Positions 27,734 through 37,274 of a stretch of DNA of 64,000 nt are shown here, piece by piece. A program made the translations under genes and the position numbers. Source of the DNA: Actinomycetota bacterium (GTDB lineage Bacteria > Actinomycetota > Thermoleophilia > Solirubrobacterales > JACPNS01); the NCBI GenBank assembly GCA_016219715.1, contig JACRKX010000027.1, positions 3,667 through 67,666 of the forward strand, in the 5' to 3' direction. Below the pieces are notes generated by a model, which was not told the origin of the DNA, made no database searches, and saw only the letters and a program-made list of their open reading frames with translations. Numbering within the stretch: the first letter of the stretch is position 1; each line of letters opens with the position of its first letter.

Positions 27734-28551
27734 CGGCGCTCCATCAGCCGGCTGACGACGGCCTCGTAGACGCCGGCGCCATTCGCGCCCTCGGTGACGC
27801 TGGCGTTGTCGTACTCCGGCACGAGCAGCTCCAGTTCGGGATTACGTTCGACGGCGTTGCGCATCAGGAAAAAGTGCCCGACCGCGGGCGCGACCTCGAG
27901 ATCCTCGGCCGAGTCGCCGCAGGCGATCACCTCGCCGGGGGCGTAGCCCCGGATCTGCATGTGGCGCGAGACGCCGCCGGCCTTGCTGGCGACCTTCGGG
28001 ATCAGGTGATAGGCATGCAGGTGCTCGAACCGCGAAAGCCGCTCGGACTTGCGATGGATCCGGCCGTTGTCGACCAGCCGCAGCTCGTCGTGGCCGGCCT
28101 GTGCCAGCGCGGCGTCGGCCTCGGCGGTGTCGATCCAGCCACGAAAGAGATGCGAGGCGTCGCGAGCGAGGTGCCAGGGGTCGTGGTATTCGAGCCGGTC
28201 GCCGAACTTCTCGAGCAGCAGCGCCGGCGCGCCGGCGGCCTCGATCTGCTCGTAGATCGTCTGCGTCTCGGTGGGCACCAGCCCGCCGGTCATCCACTCG
28301 GTCTCGCCGTCGACGTGGACGCCGCAACCGACCTCGAAGACATACGAGCTCTGCCCGAACAACCGCGCCGCCTCGTGTACCTGCGCCTCGCGGCGGCCAC
28401 TGAAGATGCAGACCTCGACGTCGGCGCGCAGGCAGGCCTCGATCGCGCGCACGCCGTCGGTCGTCACGCGCCGCTCGCCGTCGTGGAACAGCGACGCGCC
28501 GTACCCGAGCAGCGTGCCGTCGAGATCCACGTACACGCACCTAAGCGCCAT
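27730..28551 (-). CDS. HAD-IIB (Cof/MpgP-like) phosphatase. Candidate glucosyl/mannosyl-3-phosphoglycerate phosphatase.
   Basis: Motif I VYVDLDGTLLG, and a late GDSAEDLE motif. Overlaps the gpgS stop by 11 nt. Confidence 0.7.
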   Translation of the reverse strand: MALRCVYVDLDGTLLGYGASLFHDGERRVTTDGVRAIEACLRADVEVCIFSGRREAQVHEAARLFGQSSYVFEVGCGVHVDGETEWMTGGLVPTETQTIYEQIEAAGAPALLLEKFGDRLEYHDPWHLARDASHLFRGWIDTAEADAALAQAGHDELRLVDNGRIHRKSERLSRFEHLHAYHLIPKVASKAGGVSRHMQIRGYAPGEVIACGDSAEDLEVAPAVGHFFLMRNAVERNPELELLVPEYDNASVTEGANGAGVYEAVVSRLMERR

Positions 28552-29503
28552 GCGATCGCTCCATCACCTCAGCGTAGGGTGGCCGCTCGACCAGCGGCAC
28601 GTCGCGCAGCACGGCTTCGCCGGCGACGTAGTTGACGAACTCCCGGTGCCGTTCGAGGCCGTGACGTTCGGGGTCTACGCGCGAGAGGATCGCCCGCGAC
28701 ACGGCAAACGCCATCGCCCCAAGGTCGTGCAGCGGCTGGTGCGGGTTGACGCGCTCGCCGATGTCGGACTGCGCCACCGAGTCGAGTCCGAACCGTTTGT
28801 AGAAGTCGAGCAGCAGCTGGATCTCGGCGCCGTAGCCGGTCAGGAACGGCATCGCCGCCAGCGCATCGGCCCGCGCGGCATATTCGCCGGCCAGCGGCTG
28901 CTGAACGGCGGCAAGCTCCGGAAAGAAGAGGTTCAGCAGTGGGCGTGCCGCGAGCTCGCTGACACGCCCGCCGCCATCGGCCAGGCGTAGCTCGCCACTA
29001 GCGAAGGGACGGCGGAAGGCGCCCTTGACCAGACGGACGGGTTCGCCCGAGAGCAGCGGCATGGCAAGACCGGCGACGAACCCAGGGTCAAATCCCTCGC
29101 TGTCGCCGTCGACGTAGACGATCACGTCGCCGGTCACCGCGGCCTGGGCGCGCCACATCGCGTCGCCCTTGCCGATCGCCGGACCGAACTCCGGCAGCAG
29201 GTCGTCTTCCTGACGCACCGTCGCGCCGGCGTCAGCGGCGACCTGAGCCGTACCATCTGACGAAGCGGCGGCGTCGATCACCACGACTTCGTCGACCGCG
29301 CCGGCCTCGCGCAGCTCGACACAACGGCTGGCCACGTCGCCGATCGTCGAGGCACACGACTTCGCCGGAATCACGACCGAGATCGACTGCCCGCTGGTCT
29401 CTCGCAGCCTCGCGAGCATCTCGCCCGCGGGCTCGTCTGTGCGGTAGGTACGGCGCGTCGCCCAGTCGCGCGCTGCCTGCAGCGATTGCTCGTGAGCGGC
29501 CAT
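28541..29503 (-). CDS. gpgS: Glucosyl-3-phosphoglycerate synthase (GT81 family; GpgS/MpgS-type)
   Basis: Co-linear, from my recollection, with mycobacterial GpgS: ISVVIPAK, GKGDAMWR, DVIVYVDGDS, GGGRVSELAARPLL, QPLAGEYAA, GYGAEIQLL, LVERPPY. The start is placed at the internal ATG (29503). The longest ORF (to 29653) would overlap the divergent helicase gene. Confidence 0.85.
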   Translation of the reverse strand: MAAHEQSLQAARDWATRRTYRTDEPAGEMLARLRETSGQSISVVIPAKSCASTIGDVASRCVELREAGAVDEVVVIDAAASSDGTAQVAADAGATVRQEDDLLPEFGPAIGKGDAMWRAQAAVTGDVIVYVDGDSEGFDPGFVAGLAMPLLSGEPVRLVKGAFRRPFASGELRLADGGGRVSELAARPLLNLFFPELAAVQQPLAGEYAARADALAAMPFLTGYGAEIQLLLDFYKRFGLDSVAQSDIGERVNPHQPLHDLGAMAFAVSRAILSRVDPERHGLERHREFVNYVAGEAVLRDVPLVERPPYAEVMERSHGA

Positions 29504-29527
29504 CGCGGCGAGCGTACTATCAGCCGA

Positions 29528-31843
29528 GTGGAGGCCTCGCGCTGGCAGCAGCTGCTCGACGGCGGCGACGATGGCGCGCCGGAGCAACTCGTCGCGCTGA
29601 GCGGCGAGCCGGGCTCGGCCGCCTTCTACACCGACCTGCCTGGCGAACTTCACCCCGTCCTACGCGACGCGCTCGCCGACGTTGGGATCGAGCGGCTCTA
29701 CGGCCATCAGTTACAGACCTTCGACGAGGCGCTCGGCGGTGGCGTCGCTCCCGGCGGCAACGTGATCGTGACCACGGCCACGGCCACTGGCAAGTCGCTG
29801 AGCTTCAACCTGCCGGTGCTGCACACGCTCGCCCACGATCCGCGCGCCCGTGCGCTCTATCTCTATCCCACCAAGGCGCTCGCGCAGGACCAGGCCCGCA
29901 AGCTGACCGAGCTGGGCACGGCGATGGCCGGGCACGCCGGCACGCGAACGGCGCCGTTGCGTCACGCGATCTACGACGGCGACACCCCCGGCGGCGAGCG
30001 CCGGGCCGTACGCGAGAAATCGAACCTCGTGCTCAGCAACCCCGACATGCTCAGCCAGGGAGTGCTGCCCAATCACAAGCAGTGGGCCGAGTTCTTCGCC
30101 AACCTTGCCTGGGTGGTCGTCGACGAGGCGCACGTCTATCGCGGCGTGTTCGGCTCGCACGTCGCCAACGTTCTGCGGCGGCTGCGACGGATCGCGGCCG
30201 CGTACGGCACCGCGCCGCGCTTCATATTGACCAGCGCGACGATCGCCAACCCACTGCAGCTCGCCGAACGGCTGGTCGGAGAGCCGTTCGCGATCGTCGA
30301 CCGCGACGGCGGCCCGCGCAGCGAACGGGCGATCGCGATGTGGAACCCACCGCTGCTTGACGAGCGGTCGGGCTCGCGTGCGAGCGCACTCGGCGAAGCC
30401 GCGTCGCTGCTGGTACGCCTCGTACGCGCCGACGTGCGCACGATCGTCTTCATGAAGTCGCGCCGCGGCGTCGAGTTGATCCGCCGCTTCGCCGTCGAAG
30501 CGCTGGCCGACCGTCCGGATCTAGCCGAGAGCGTGATGCCCTACCGGGCCGGCTACACGGCCAAGCAACGCCGCGAAATCGAACAACGGCTCGCCAGCGG
30601 CGAACTGAAAGCGGTTGTGGCCACCAGCGCGCTCGAGCTCGGCATCGACATCGGTCAGCTCGACGCCGCGATCGTCACGACCTTCCCCGGCACGGTCGCC
30701 TCGCTGCGCCAGATGTGGGGGCGAGCCGGCCGCAATCGTGAAGGACTCGCCATCTACGTGGCCGGTGAGGACGCGCTCGACCAGTTCTTCTGCCGCCATC
30801 CCGACGAGTTCCTGCAAAGACCAGTCGAAGCAGCGATCCTCGATCCATTCAACGAGGCGATCCACCTGCGCCACCTGCACGCGGCCGCCTACGAACTCCC
30901 GCTGCGCAAGGCCGACGCCGAGTTCTTCGACGACGACCTGCCGCAGCACGCCGCCAGCCTCGTCGCGGCCGGCGTGCTGCGCGAAGACAAGGCCGGCAGC
31001 AATCGCTGGCTGCTGCGCGGCGAGGACTACCCGGCCGCGCGCATCGCCCTGCGCAGCGCCAGCGCCGACAACTTCCACATCGTCGAGAGTGAGAACGGCG
31101 AGGTGATCGGCACGGTCGAGGCCGAGCGCGCCTTTACCAACGCCCACCCCGGCGCCGTCTACCTGCACATGGGCGCGTCGTATGAGATCGATGAGCTCGA
31201 CCTCGACTCGCGCACGATCGTGGCCCGTTCGTTCGAGGGCGACTGGTACACGCAGCCGAAGCTCGAGATCGACACCTTCATCGAGCGTGTCGACGCCACG
31301 CGCGACGTGGCCGGTGCCAAGCTGCACTTCGGCCACGTCAGCGTCAGCGAGCAGGTGATCGCCTTCCAGCGCAAGAAGGTCAGCGACCACGACGTGCTGT
31401 CGCTCGAAGCGCTCGACCTGCCCGCTCAGAACTTTGTCACCCAGGCACTGTGGTTCACGCTCGGCGACGAGCCGCTGGCCGAGGAGTTGCCGCTGAACGT
31501 GTTGCAGGGCGCCCTGCACGCGGCCGAGCACGCGCAGATCGCGGTGCTGCCGCTGATCGCGATGTGCGACCGCTGGGACATCGGCGGCCTCTCAACGGCC
31601 TTCCACCCGCAGACCGGCCAGCCGACGATCTTCATCTACGACGGACATCCCGGCGGCGTCGGCATCACCCTGCGCGGTTACGAGCAGTTCGAACGCCTGA
31701 CGGCCGACGCGCTGCGACTGATCGCCGAGTGCCCGTGTGAGAGCGGTTGCCCGAGTTGCGTGCAGTCTCCGAAGTGCGGAAACCTCAACGAGCCGCTGCA
31801 CAAAGCCGGCGCGGCGAAGCTGCTCACGGCGCTTCGCGCCTGA
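29528..31843 (+). CDS. DEAD/DEAH-box SF2 helicase with a C-terminal DUF1998/MZB zinc domain (MrfA/YprA-like)
   Basis: Motifs LYGHQ, TATATGKS (Walker A), DEAH (VVDEAHVY), SAT, QMWGRAGR. The C-terminal 4-Cys module is CPCESGCPSCVQSPKCGN. The start is uncertain (GTG 29528 or TTG 29486). Confidence 0.85.
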   Translation: MEASRWQQLLDGGDDGAPEQLVALSGEPGSAAFYTDLPGELHPVLRDALADVGIERLYGHQLQTFDEALGGGVAPGGNVIVTTATATGKSLSFNLPVLHTLAHDPRARALYLYPTKALAQDQARKLTELGTAMAGHAGTRTAPLRHAIYDGDTPGGERRAVREKSNLVLSNPDMLSQGVLPNHKQWAEFFANLAWVVVDEAHVYRGVFGSHVANVLRRLRRIAAAYGTAPRFILTSATIANPLQLAERLVGEPFAIVDRDGGPRSERAIAMWNPPLLDERSGSRASALGEAASLLVRLVRADVRTIVFMKSRRGVELIRRFAVEALADRPDLAESVMPYRAGYTAKQRREIEQRLASGELKAVVATSALELGIDIGQLDAAIVTTFPGTVASLRQMWGRAGRNREGLAIYVAGEDALDQFFCRHPDEFLQRPVEAAILDPFNEAIHLRHLHAAAYELPLRKADAEFFDDDLPQHAASLVAAGVLREDKAGSNRWLLRGEDYPAARIALRSASADNFHIVESENGEVIGTVEAERAFTNAHPGAVYLHMGASYEIDELDLDSRTIVARSFEGDWYTQPKLEIDTFIERVDATRDVAGAKLHFGHVSVSEQVIAFQRKKVSDHDVLSLEALDLPAQNFVTQALWFTLGDEPLAEELPLNVLQGALHAAEHAQIAVLPLIAMCDRWDIGGLSTAFHPQTGQPTIFIYDGHPGGVGITLRGYEQFERLTADALRLIAECPCESGCPSCVQSPKCGNLNEPLHKAGAAKLLTALRA

Positions 31844-31984
31844 TCTCGCGGCACACGTGCAACTCGCTTCCCAGCGAGTTGACAACCGCAACCAATGGCC
31901 GACAATCGAGTTGACGTAGGTATGTGTGCGGCCAGGGGCGTCCCCGGGGGGAGGGCGCCCCGCCATACCCGTCCAAGGCATGCC

Positions 31985-33049
31985 ATGCATGGACTCGCGA
32001 ACACCAGCAACAGCACTCCCAAGTACCGCGCCGCGCTCGTGGCGGCGCTCGCCGTTGCCCTGATCCTCTGTCTTGCGCCTGGCGCGGCGGCGGCGTCGGG
32101 CGGCGTGCAGTACGTGGATGTCGCGGCCACGGGGGGCACCGCCCCCGACGCGGCCGTGCCCGACGACGGCAAGTCGGGCGGCACTGGCAAGCGAAAGCGC
32201 AAGCGCGCGGCGAAGCCGCCGGTGATCACCTCGCTCGAACTCGTCTCCGACGCTCTGGTCGACGAAGGCAGGCCACTGAAGCTCAACTACCGGATCGTGT
32301 CGCGCGCGCGCAAGGTTCGCGTCCGGCTGGTCGTGCGCACCAGCGGTGGCCGCTACGTCAGGACCGTGCAGATCGGGCTGCGCCGAACCCGCCAGGCGAT
32401 CAGCGACGAACTCAGCCAGCAGCGGCTCGGCGTCGACAGGCCCGGCAGCTACAAACTGCGCATGATCGCGACCGATGGCAAGGGCCGCCGCGCGGCCCGT
32501 GCGGCGAAGGTGCCGACGTGGCTCGTATTCAACTTTGCCGACCACCGCTTCCCGCTGACCGGACCGTTCAGCTGGGGCGGCGACAGCTCGCGTTTCGGTA
32601 GCGGCCGGCCCGGCCACATACACCAGGGCCAGGATCTTTCGGCCGATGAAGGCTCGCCGATCGTCGCCCCTTACGGAGGCACGATCACGTGGGTCAAGTA
32701 CCAGGCCGATGGCGCGGGCTGGTACGTGGTGCTGGCCGGCAACGACGACCGCGACTACGTCTTCATGCACCTCAAGACCGGCTCGATCGAAGTCGAGCAG
32801 GGCCAGTCGGTCCCGACCGGCAAACTGCTCGCGCGCGTCGGCAACACCGGGGCATCGAGCGGACCCCATCTGCACTTCGAGATCTGGACAGGGGGGCCGT
32901 GGCAGTTCGGCGGCAAACCGGTGGATCCGCGACCACTGCTCGAGCAGTGGTACGAGAACGCGCCGGGCGGCGCGCACGCTGCCGCGGCGTCGATGGCCGG
33001 GCTCCGCGTCAGCGCTGCCGGTCCCGCGCCCGGCGAGCCACTCGACTGA
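31985..33049 (+). CDS. Secreted M23-family (LytM-type) metallopeptidase
   Basis: Signal peptide from the ATG at 31985. Zn ligand motifs HIHQGQD and GPHLHFEIW. Confidence 0.85.
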   Translation: MHGLANTSNSTPKYRAALVAALAVALILCLAPGAAAASGGVQYVDVAATGGTAPDAAVPDDGKSGGTGKRKRKRAAKPPVITSLELVSDALVDEGRPLKLNYRIVSRARKVRVRLVVRTSGGRYVRTVQIGLRRTRQAISDELSQQRLGVDRPGSYKLRMIATDGKGRRAARAAKVPTWLVFNFADHRFPLTGPFSWGGDSSRFGSGRPGHIHQGQDLSADEGSPIVAPYGGTITWVKYQADGAGWYVVLAGNDDRDYVFMHLKTGSIEVEQGQSVPTGKLLARVGNTGASSGPHLHFEIWTGGPWQFGGKPVDPRPLLEQWYENAPGGAHAAAASMAGLRVSAAGPAPGEPLD

Positions 33050-33097
33050 CTCCGCACGCTGGCGCGCGCATTCCCTCGGCACGTAAGCTGCACGCCG

Positions 33098-33604
33098 ATG
33101 GCGATCGTGCGTCCAGAGCAGCCCGGTGATGAAGCCGAGATCGCCGCGATCCACATCGCGGCCTTTCCCGACTCGACGGAGGCCGATCTCGTTGAACGGC
33201 TGCGCGGCACCGAGCACTGGGTACCAGAGCTTTCGATTGTCGTACAGCAGGAGACGCAGCTCGTCGCACACGTGCTGCTCTCGCGCGTGACGGCCGGCGA
33301 CGCCGCTGACGCACTGGCACTTGGCCCAGTGGCCGTACTGCCGATCCACCAGCGCGGCGGGCTGGGCACGGCGATGGTGCGCATGGCGCTCGATCGGGCT
33401 CGGGCGCTGGGGTTCGACTGCGTGGTCGCGATCGGGATCCCCGCGTTCCTGACTGCCTGCGGCTTTCGCCCAGCGGCGCCACGCGGGCTCACGATCGAGA
33501 TGGACGTGCCCGACGAAGCCTTCCAGGTCGCCGAACTAAAGCCGATGGGCGTGCTGCCCGGACCAGTGCTCTGGCCCGACGAATGGGAAGGCACCGGCGT
33601 CTGA
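33098..33604 (+). CDS. GNAT-family N-acetyltransferase
   Basis: 168 aa. Acetyl-CoA motif A is the IHQRGGLGTAMV type. Confidence 0.75.
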   Translation: MAIVRPEQPGDEAEIAAIHIAAFPDSTEADLVERLRGTEHWVPELSIVVQQETQLVAHVLLSRVTAGDAADALALGPVAVLPIHQRGGLGTAMVRMALDRARALGFDCVVAIGIPAFLTACGFRPAAPRGLTIEMDVPDEAFQVAELKPMGVLPGPVLWPDEWEGTGV

Positions 33605-33632
33605 CGCCACCGCCGAACGTAGACTCGGCTAC

Positions 33633-34355
33633 ATGAAGCGCATCGGGCACAAGGGCGCCCACCTAATCGAAGCCGGCAACACGATCGCCAGCTTCGAGAC
33701 CGCCCGCGGCCTCGACGTCGACATGATCGAGTTCGACGTGCTGCGCTGGAACGGCGAACTGGTCGTCGCACACGATCTCGAAGACGCCGCCGAACGCGAA
33801 GGCCACACACTGCTGACGCTCGAGCAGAGTCTCGAATATCTCTCCGGCTCCGACTTCAGCGAGATCGGGCTCGACGTCGACATGAAACACCGCGGCTTCG
33901 AACTCGAGGTGGTCGACCAGCTCGCCCGCTTCGGGCTACGCGGGCGCACGACGATCACAACGATGTACGAACAGAGCCTCGCTCTGATCCGAGAGCACGA
34001 TCCCGGCCTGCACATCGGCCTCACGATCCCACTCGTCACGCGCGACTGGCTCGCCGTGCCTTCGCCGGTCAAGCCGCTGGTCGCGGCTGGAGCCGGCTAC
34101 CACCGCGTACGCCAGCCCGCGCGCGTCGGCCGACTGGTGCGCAGCGGCGCGATCGACGCGGTGATGGCCTTCCACGCTCTGGTCGGCCGCCGGCTGGTCG
34201 ACACCGTTCAGAGCGCCGGCGGCGAGATCTACGTCTGGACGGTCGACGACGCGGCGACGATCCTGCGGCTCGAAGCGCTCGGCGTCGACGGAATCGTCAG
34301 CAACGACCCGCGGCTATTCGAGCACCTCGCGGCCGCGGAAGCCGCGGCCGCGTAG
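33633..34355 (+). CDS. Glycerophosphodiester phosphodiesterase (GDPD) family protein
   Basis: N-terminus IGHKGA...NT..SF......DMIEFDV is typical of GDPD. Confidence 0.8.
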   Translation: MKRIGHKGAHLIEAGNTIASFETARGLDVDMIEFDVLRWNGELVVAHDLEDAAEREGHTLLTLEQSLEYLSGSDFSEIGLDVDMKHRGFELEVVDQLARFGLRGRTTITTMYEQSLALIREHDPGLHIGLTIPLVTRDWLAVPSPVKPLVAAGAGYHRVRQPARVGRLVRSGAIDAVMAFHALVGRRLVDTVQSAGGEIYVWTVDDAATILRLEALGVDGIVSNDPRLFEHLAAAEAAAA

Positions 34356-34399
34356 CGATTGCCACCGTCGGTCCGGGCATAACCGGTAGTGTTGGCTGT

Positions 34400-35176
34400 A
34401 TGACCGCGCGCGCACGGATCGCCTTGCTCGTACTGTCGATCGCGGTCTTCGCCGCGTTCGCGCAGTCGGCCTCGGCCGCCAGCTTCAAGGTTTCGGTTCG
34501 CGGCACGCAGTACCTGAACTGGTCGCTCGACGGCAACACCAACAACTGCGAGGTGCGGCGAGGCCAGGGCAGCGGCGAGGCCAAGTTCTCGTTCAAGTCG
34601 ACCGGACGCAACTCCCTGTTCGTCGGCTCTGGGCGTAAGGCGCCACGCATCGTCGGCAGCGTCAATGCTCAGGCGAACGGCACGATCAGCGGCTCGTTCT
34701 CAGACACGCTCGTCACCGCGTGCGATCCGTTTGCACCGGCCGACCCGTACATCGCTCCGGCTACCGGCTGCGGCGACACCAGCTTCGGATTGCGGGTCGA
34801 CCTAAAAACCCGCGGCGCCTTCGTCTACGTGAACGGCCCGAGCATGCCGGGCAGCGGCGGATCGATCGCGGCAGTCGGCCTGTGCCCGTTTCCGATCGAC
34901 AACTCGCTGCTGCTCTCTACCGACCTGAGCGCCTGCGGCGACGGCTCGAACCTCTGGCAGCGCAGCTGGGGCGTCGCCTCCAGCGGCGGGCAGGGTCTGT
35001 TCGCCTCAAAGCTGAGCATCTCGTCGAAGCGCCTGCTGAAGACGCGCAAGGGCAAGTCGAAGGTGATCACCGGACGCGCGGTCGTCAGCTGCAACGTGCC
35101 GGCATCGCTCTATGCGGGCGGCGTCACGATGAGCGGCGAGTTGAAGTACACGCTCACCCTGAAGCGCACCGGCTAA
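34400..35176 (+). CDS. Secreted cysteine-containing hypothetical protein
   Basis: Clear signal peptide (LLVLSIAVFAAFAQSASA|AS). No recognisable domain. Confidence 0.55.
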   Translation: MTARARIALLVLSIAVFAAFAQSASAASFKVSVRGTQYLNWSLDGNTNNCEVRRGQGSGEAKFSFKSTGRNSLFVGSGRKAPRIVGSVNAQANGTISGSFSDTLVTACDPFAPADPYIAPATGCGDTSFGLRVDLKTRGAFVYVNGPSMPGSGGSIAAVGLCPFPIDNSLLLSTDLSACGDGSNLWQRSWGVASSGGQGLFASKLSISSKRLLKTRKGKSKVITGRAVVSCNVPASLYAGGVTMSGELKYTLTLKRTG

Positions 35177-35225
35177 CGCCCAGCGCTAGCCGAAACACCC
35201 GCCTGCCTGTACCATCACCGGGCGC

Positions 35226-35298
35226 GGCGAGATAGCTCAGTTGGTAGAGCACACGACTGAAAATCGTGGTGTCCCCGGTTCGAATCCGGGTCTCGCCA
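35226..35298 (+). tRNA. tRNA-Phe (anticodon GAA)
   Basis: Manual cloverleaf: acceptor GGCGAGA/TCTCGCC, D-arm GCTCAGTTGGTAGAGC, anticodon stem CACGA/TCGTG with loop CTGAAAA, T-arm CCCGGTTCGAATCCGGG. CCA is not encoded. Confidence 0.95.
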
Positions 35299-35325
35299 TT
35301 TTCGCTCCCGATCTGGGAAGAGCGC

Positions 35326-35901
35326 TCAGCGCTCGCCGGCCGCCGCACGGCGGGACCAGGCAAATGCGAGAAACGCGCCGATCGCTGCGAATGCCGTAAG
35401 GGCAAGGGTCGGGATCGTGACATAGCCAAACTCATCGATCCACTTGGTGGCGCACGACCCACCGACCTTGCAGCCGGCCGACTCGTCTTCGGGGTGGAGC
35501 TCGATCCAGATGTGGTAGATCGAGACCATCGCGCCGAGGATCGGAAGGACGAACGCGTACTGGACCGCGGCGCGCACGTCGCGGCGAAGAGCACCCACCA
35601 GCAGCACGATCGCGAGCGGGTACATCGCGATTCGCTGGAACCAGCAAAGCCGGCACGGAACGAAATCGGCGAACTCCGAGAAGAACAGGCTGCCAAGGGT
35701 CGCCACCAGCGCGATACCCCACGCGAACCAGAGCTCTGTTCCGGTAAACGAGTCGCGCAACCAGACCAGCGCGTTGCGGGCGCTCGGCACGACCAGCGAG
35801 ACCAGCGAGAGCACGATCAACAGCGCCAGCAGAACCTGCACCATCACGGCGAGCGCCGCGAGTGCGGTAACCACTGCATCGATTACTTGCTGCTTCTCCA
35901 T
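35326..35901 (-). CDS. DsbB/BdbC-family disulfide bond formation protein (thiol-disulfide oxidoreductase, membrane)
   Basis: 4 TM segments. Signature PCRLCWFQRIAMYP (CxxC) and a second Cys pair in the periplasmic loop (ESAGCKVGGSC). Confidence 0.8.
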   Translation of the reverse strand: MEKQQVIDAVVTALAALAVMVQVLLALLIVLSLVSLVVPSARNALVWLRDSFTGTELWFAWGIALVATLGSLFFSEFADFVPCRLCWFQRIAMYPLAIVLLVGALRRDVRAAVQYAFVLPILGAMVSIYHIWIELHPEDESAGCKVGGSCATKWIDEFGYVTIPTLALTAFAAIGAFLAFAWSRRAAAGER

Positions 35902-36013
35902 CCCCCTCTGGCGAGGATCCTAGCGGCGAAACGGCCGCGGCGTTTCGAGTTAAGAAGGTCATAATGGTCCGTCTCCGCCGATTCCGCGCCAGCGACGCGC
36001 GCCGCTCCAGCCG

Positions 36014-36949
36014 ATGAACCCGCAAACCACTCAAACCGATCGTCAGCGCCGTCTGGTGCGCATGGTGACCCTCTCGATCGCCGCGGCCTGCGCGACGATC
36101 GTGCTGAAGGTGACCGCCTGGCTGCTCACCGACTCGGTCGGACTGCTCAGCGACGCCGCCGAGTCCGTCGTGAATCTGGTGGCGGCGCTGGTCGCTTTTG
36201 CCGTCGTTCGCTGGGCCGCGCAGCCGCCCGACGAGGAACACGCTTACGGTCACGAAAAGGCCGACTACCTCTCGGCCGGCGTCGAGGGTGGGCTGATCCT
36301 GATTGCCGCCGTCACGATCACCGTCTCCGCGGTCGACCGGTTGATCGATCCGCAGGCGATCGAGAGCGTCGGCCTGGGTCTTGCGGTGTCGCTCGTGGCG
36401 ACGACGATCAACTTCTCGATCGCACGGTTGATGATCGCCGCTGGGCGCGAAGAGCGCTCGGCAACCGTCGAGGCCGATGGTCGTCACCTGATGACCGATG
36501 TCTGGACGTCGGTCGGCGTGGTCGTCGCCGTCGGTGCCGTTGCGCTGACCGGCTGGGAGCGACTCGACCCCGTGATCGCACTGGCGGTGGCCGCCAACAT
36601 CGTCGTCACAGGCGTTCGCCTGGTGCGCAACTCGCTGGGCGGCCTGATGGACCGGGCGCTCGAACCGAAGGAGCTCGAAGGCATCGAGGCGGTGCTGCGA
36701 AGTCACCGGGGTGGCCAGGTCGATTTCCACGCCCTGCGTACGCGGCGCGCTGGACAGCGGGCGTTCGTGTCGGTGCACGTGCTGGTCCCCGGCGCCTGGT
36801 CGGTGCAGCGCGGTCACGACCTGATCGAGCAGATCGAGGGCGAGCTGCGCGACACCCTGCGGATGGCCACGATCTTCACGCACCTCGAGCCGATCGAGGA
36901 TCCAGCGTCGTTTCGTGACACGCAGCTCGACCGCGAAGACGCCGGCTGA
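36014..36949 (+). CDS. Cation diffusion facilitator (CDF) family divalent-metal efflux transporter
   Basis: 6 TM segments plus a cytoplasmic domain. SDAAESVVN, HAYGHEKADYL, HLMTDVWTS motifs. Confidence 0.85.
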   Translation: MNPQTTQTDRQRRLVRMVTLSIAAACATIVLKVTAWLLTDSVGLLSDAAESVVNLVAALVAFAVVRWAAQPPDEEHAYGHEKADYLSAGVEGGLILIAAVTITVSAVDRLIDPQAIESVGLGLAVSLVATTINFSIARLMIAAGREERSATVEADGRHLMTDVWTSVGVVVAVGAVALTGWERLDPVIALAVAANIVVTGVRLVRNSLGGLMDRALEPKELEGIEAVLRSHRGGQVDFHALRTRRAGQRAFVSVHVLVPGAWSVQRGHDLIEQIEGELRDTLRMATIFTHLEPIEDPASFRDTQLDREDAG

Positions 36950-36957
36950 CGATCAGC

Positions 36958-36973
36958 GGGCCCTTCCGGGCCC
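36958..36973 (+). terminator. Short GC stem-loop just after the CDF gene stop
   Basis: GGGCCC-ttcc-GGGCCC followed by ATTT. Confidence 0.45.
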
Positions 36974-37163
36974 ATTTCGAAGGGGAAAACGAGATAGAAA
37001 CGCCTTCGCGCCGCTCAATTTCGTATACTTTCTGGCCAGCCAGCCAAATAGTAGGAGGCCGCCGCCGGGTATACCCCGCCCGCCTGGCGACGGCTTCGAA
37101 CGGCTGTTCGACCCGCCGGATCACGCCGCAACCCCGGTGTTTTCGGTGGGCCACTCGCACATC

Positions 37164-37219
37164 GTCCGGACGGCGGACATCAAAATGCGGCGCCCCGGCC
37201 GCGATGTCCGCCGTCCGAC
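37164..37219. repeat. Long imperfect inverted repeat (17-18 nt arms, ~21 nt loop) in the sqr upstream region
   Basis: GTCCGGACGGCGGACATC ... GATGTCCGCCGTCCGAC, one bulged C. A second hairpin follows: CTACGCA-gctcggt-TGCGTAG (37231-37251). Confidence 0.6.
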
Positions 37220-37274
37220 GAGCTCCGGCGCTACGCAGCTCGGTTGCGTAGTTCCCCCGCATGTTTCCCGAGGC

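Noticed and set aside
29486-31843. The helicase with a DUF1998 domain as part of a DISARM-like or other defence system.
   Set aside because: No methyltransferase, PLD nuclease or other defence components are adjacent. The fused helicase-MZB architecture matches the stand-alone MrfA/YprA repair helicase type.
31844-31984. A possible c-di-AMP (ydaO-type) riboswitch upstream of the M23 peptidase gene, as seen upstream of cell-wall hydrolases in Actinobacteria.
   Set aside because: I could not find the conserved ydaO core segments by eye. There is only a short hairpin (31860-31881) and G-rich runs. It needs Infernal to exclude formally.
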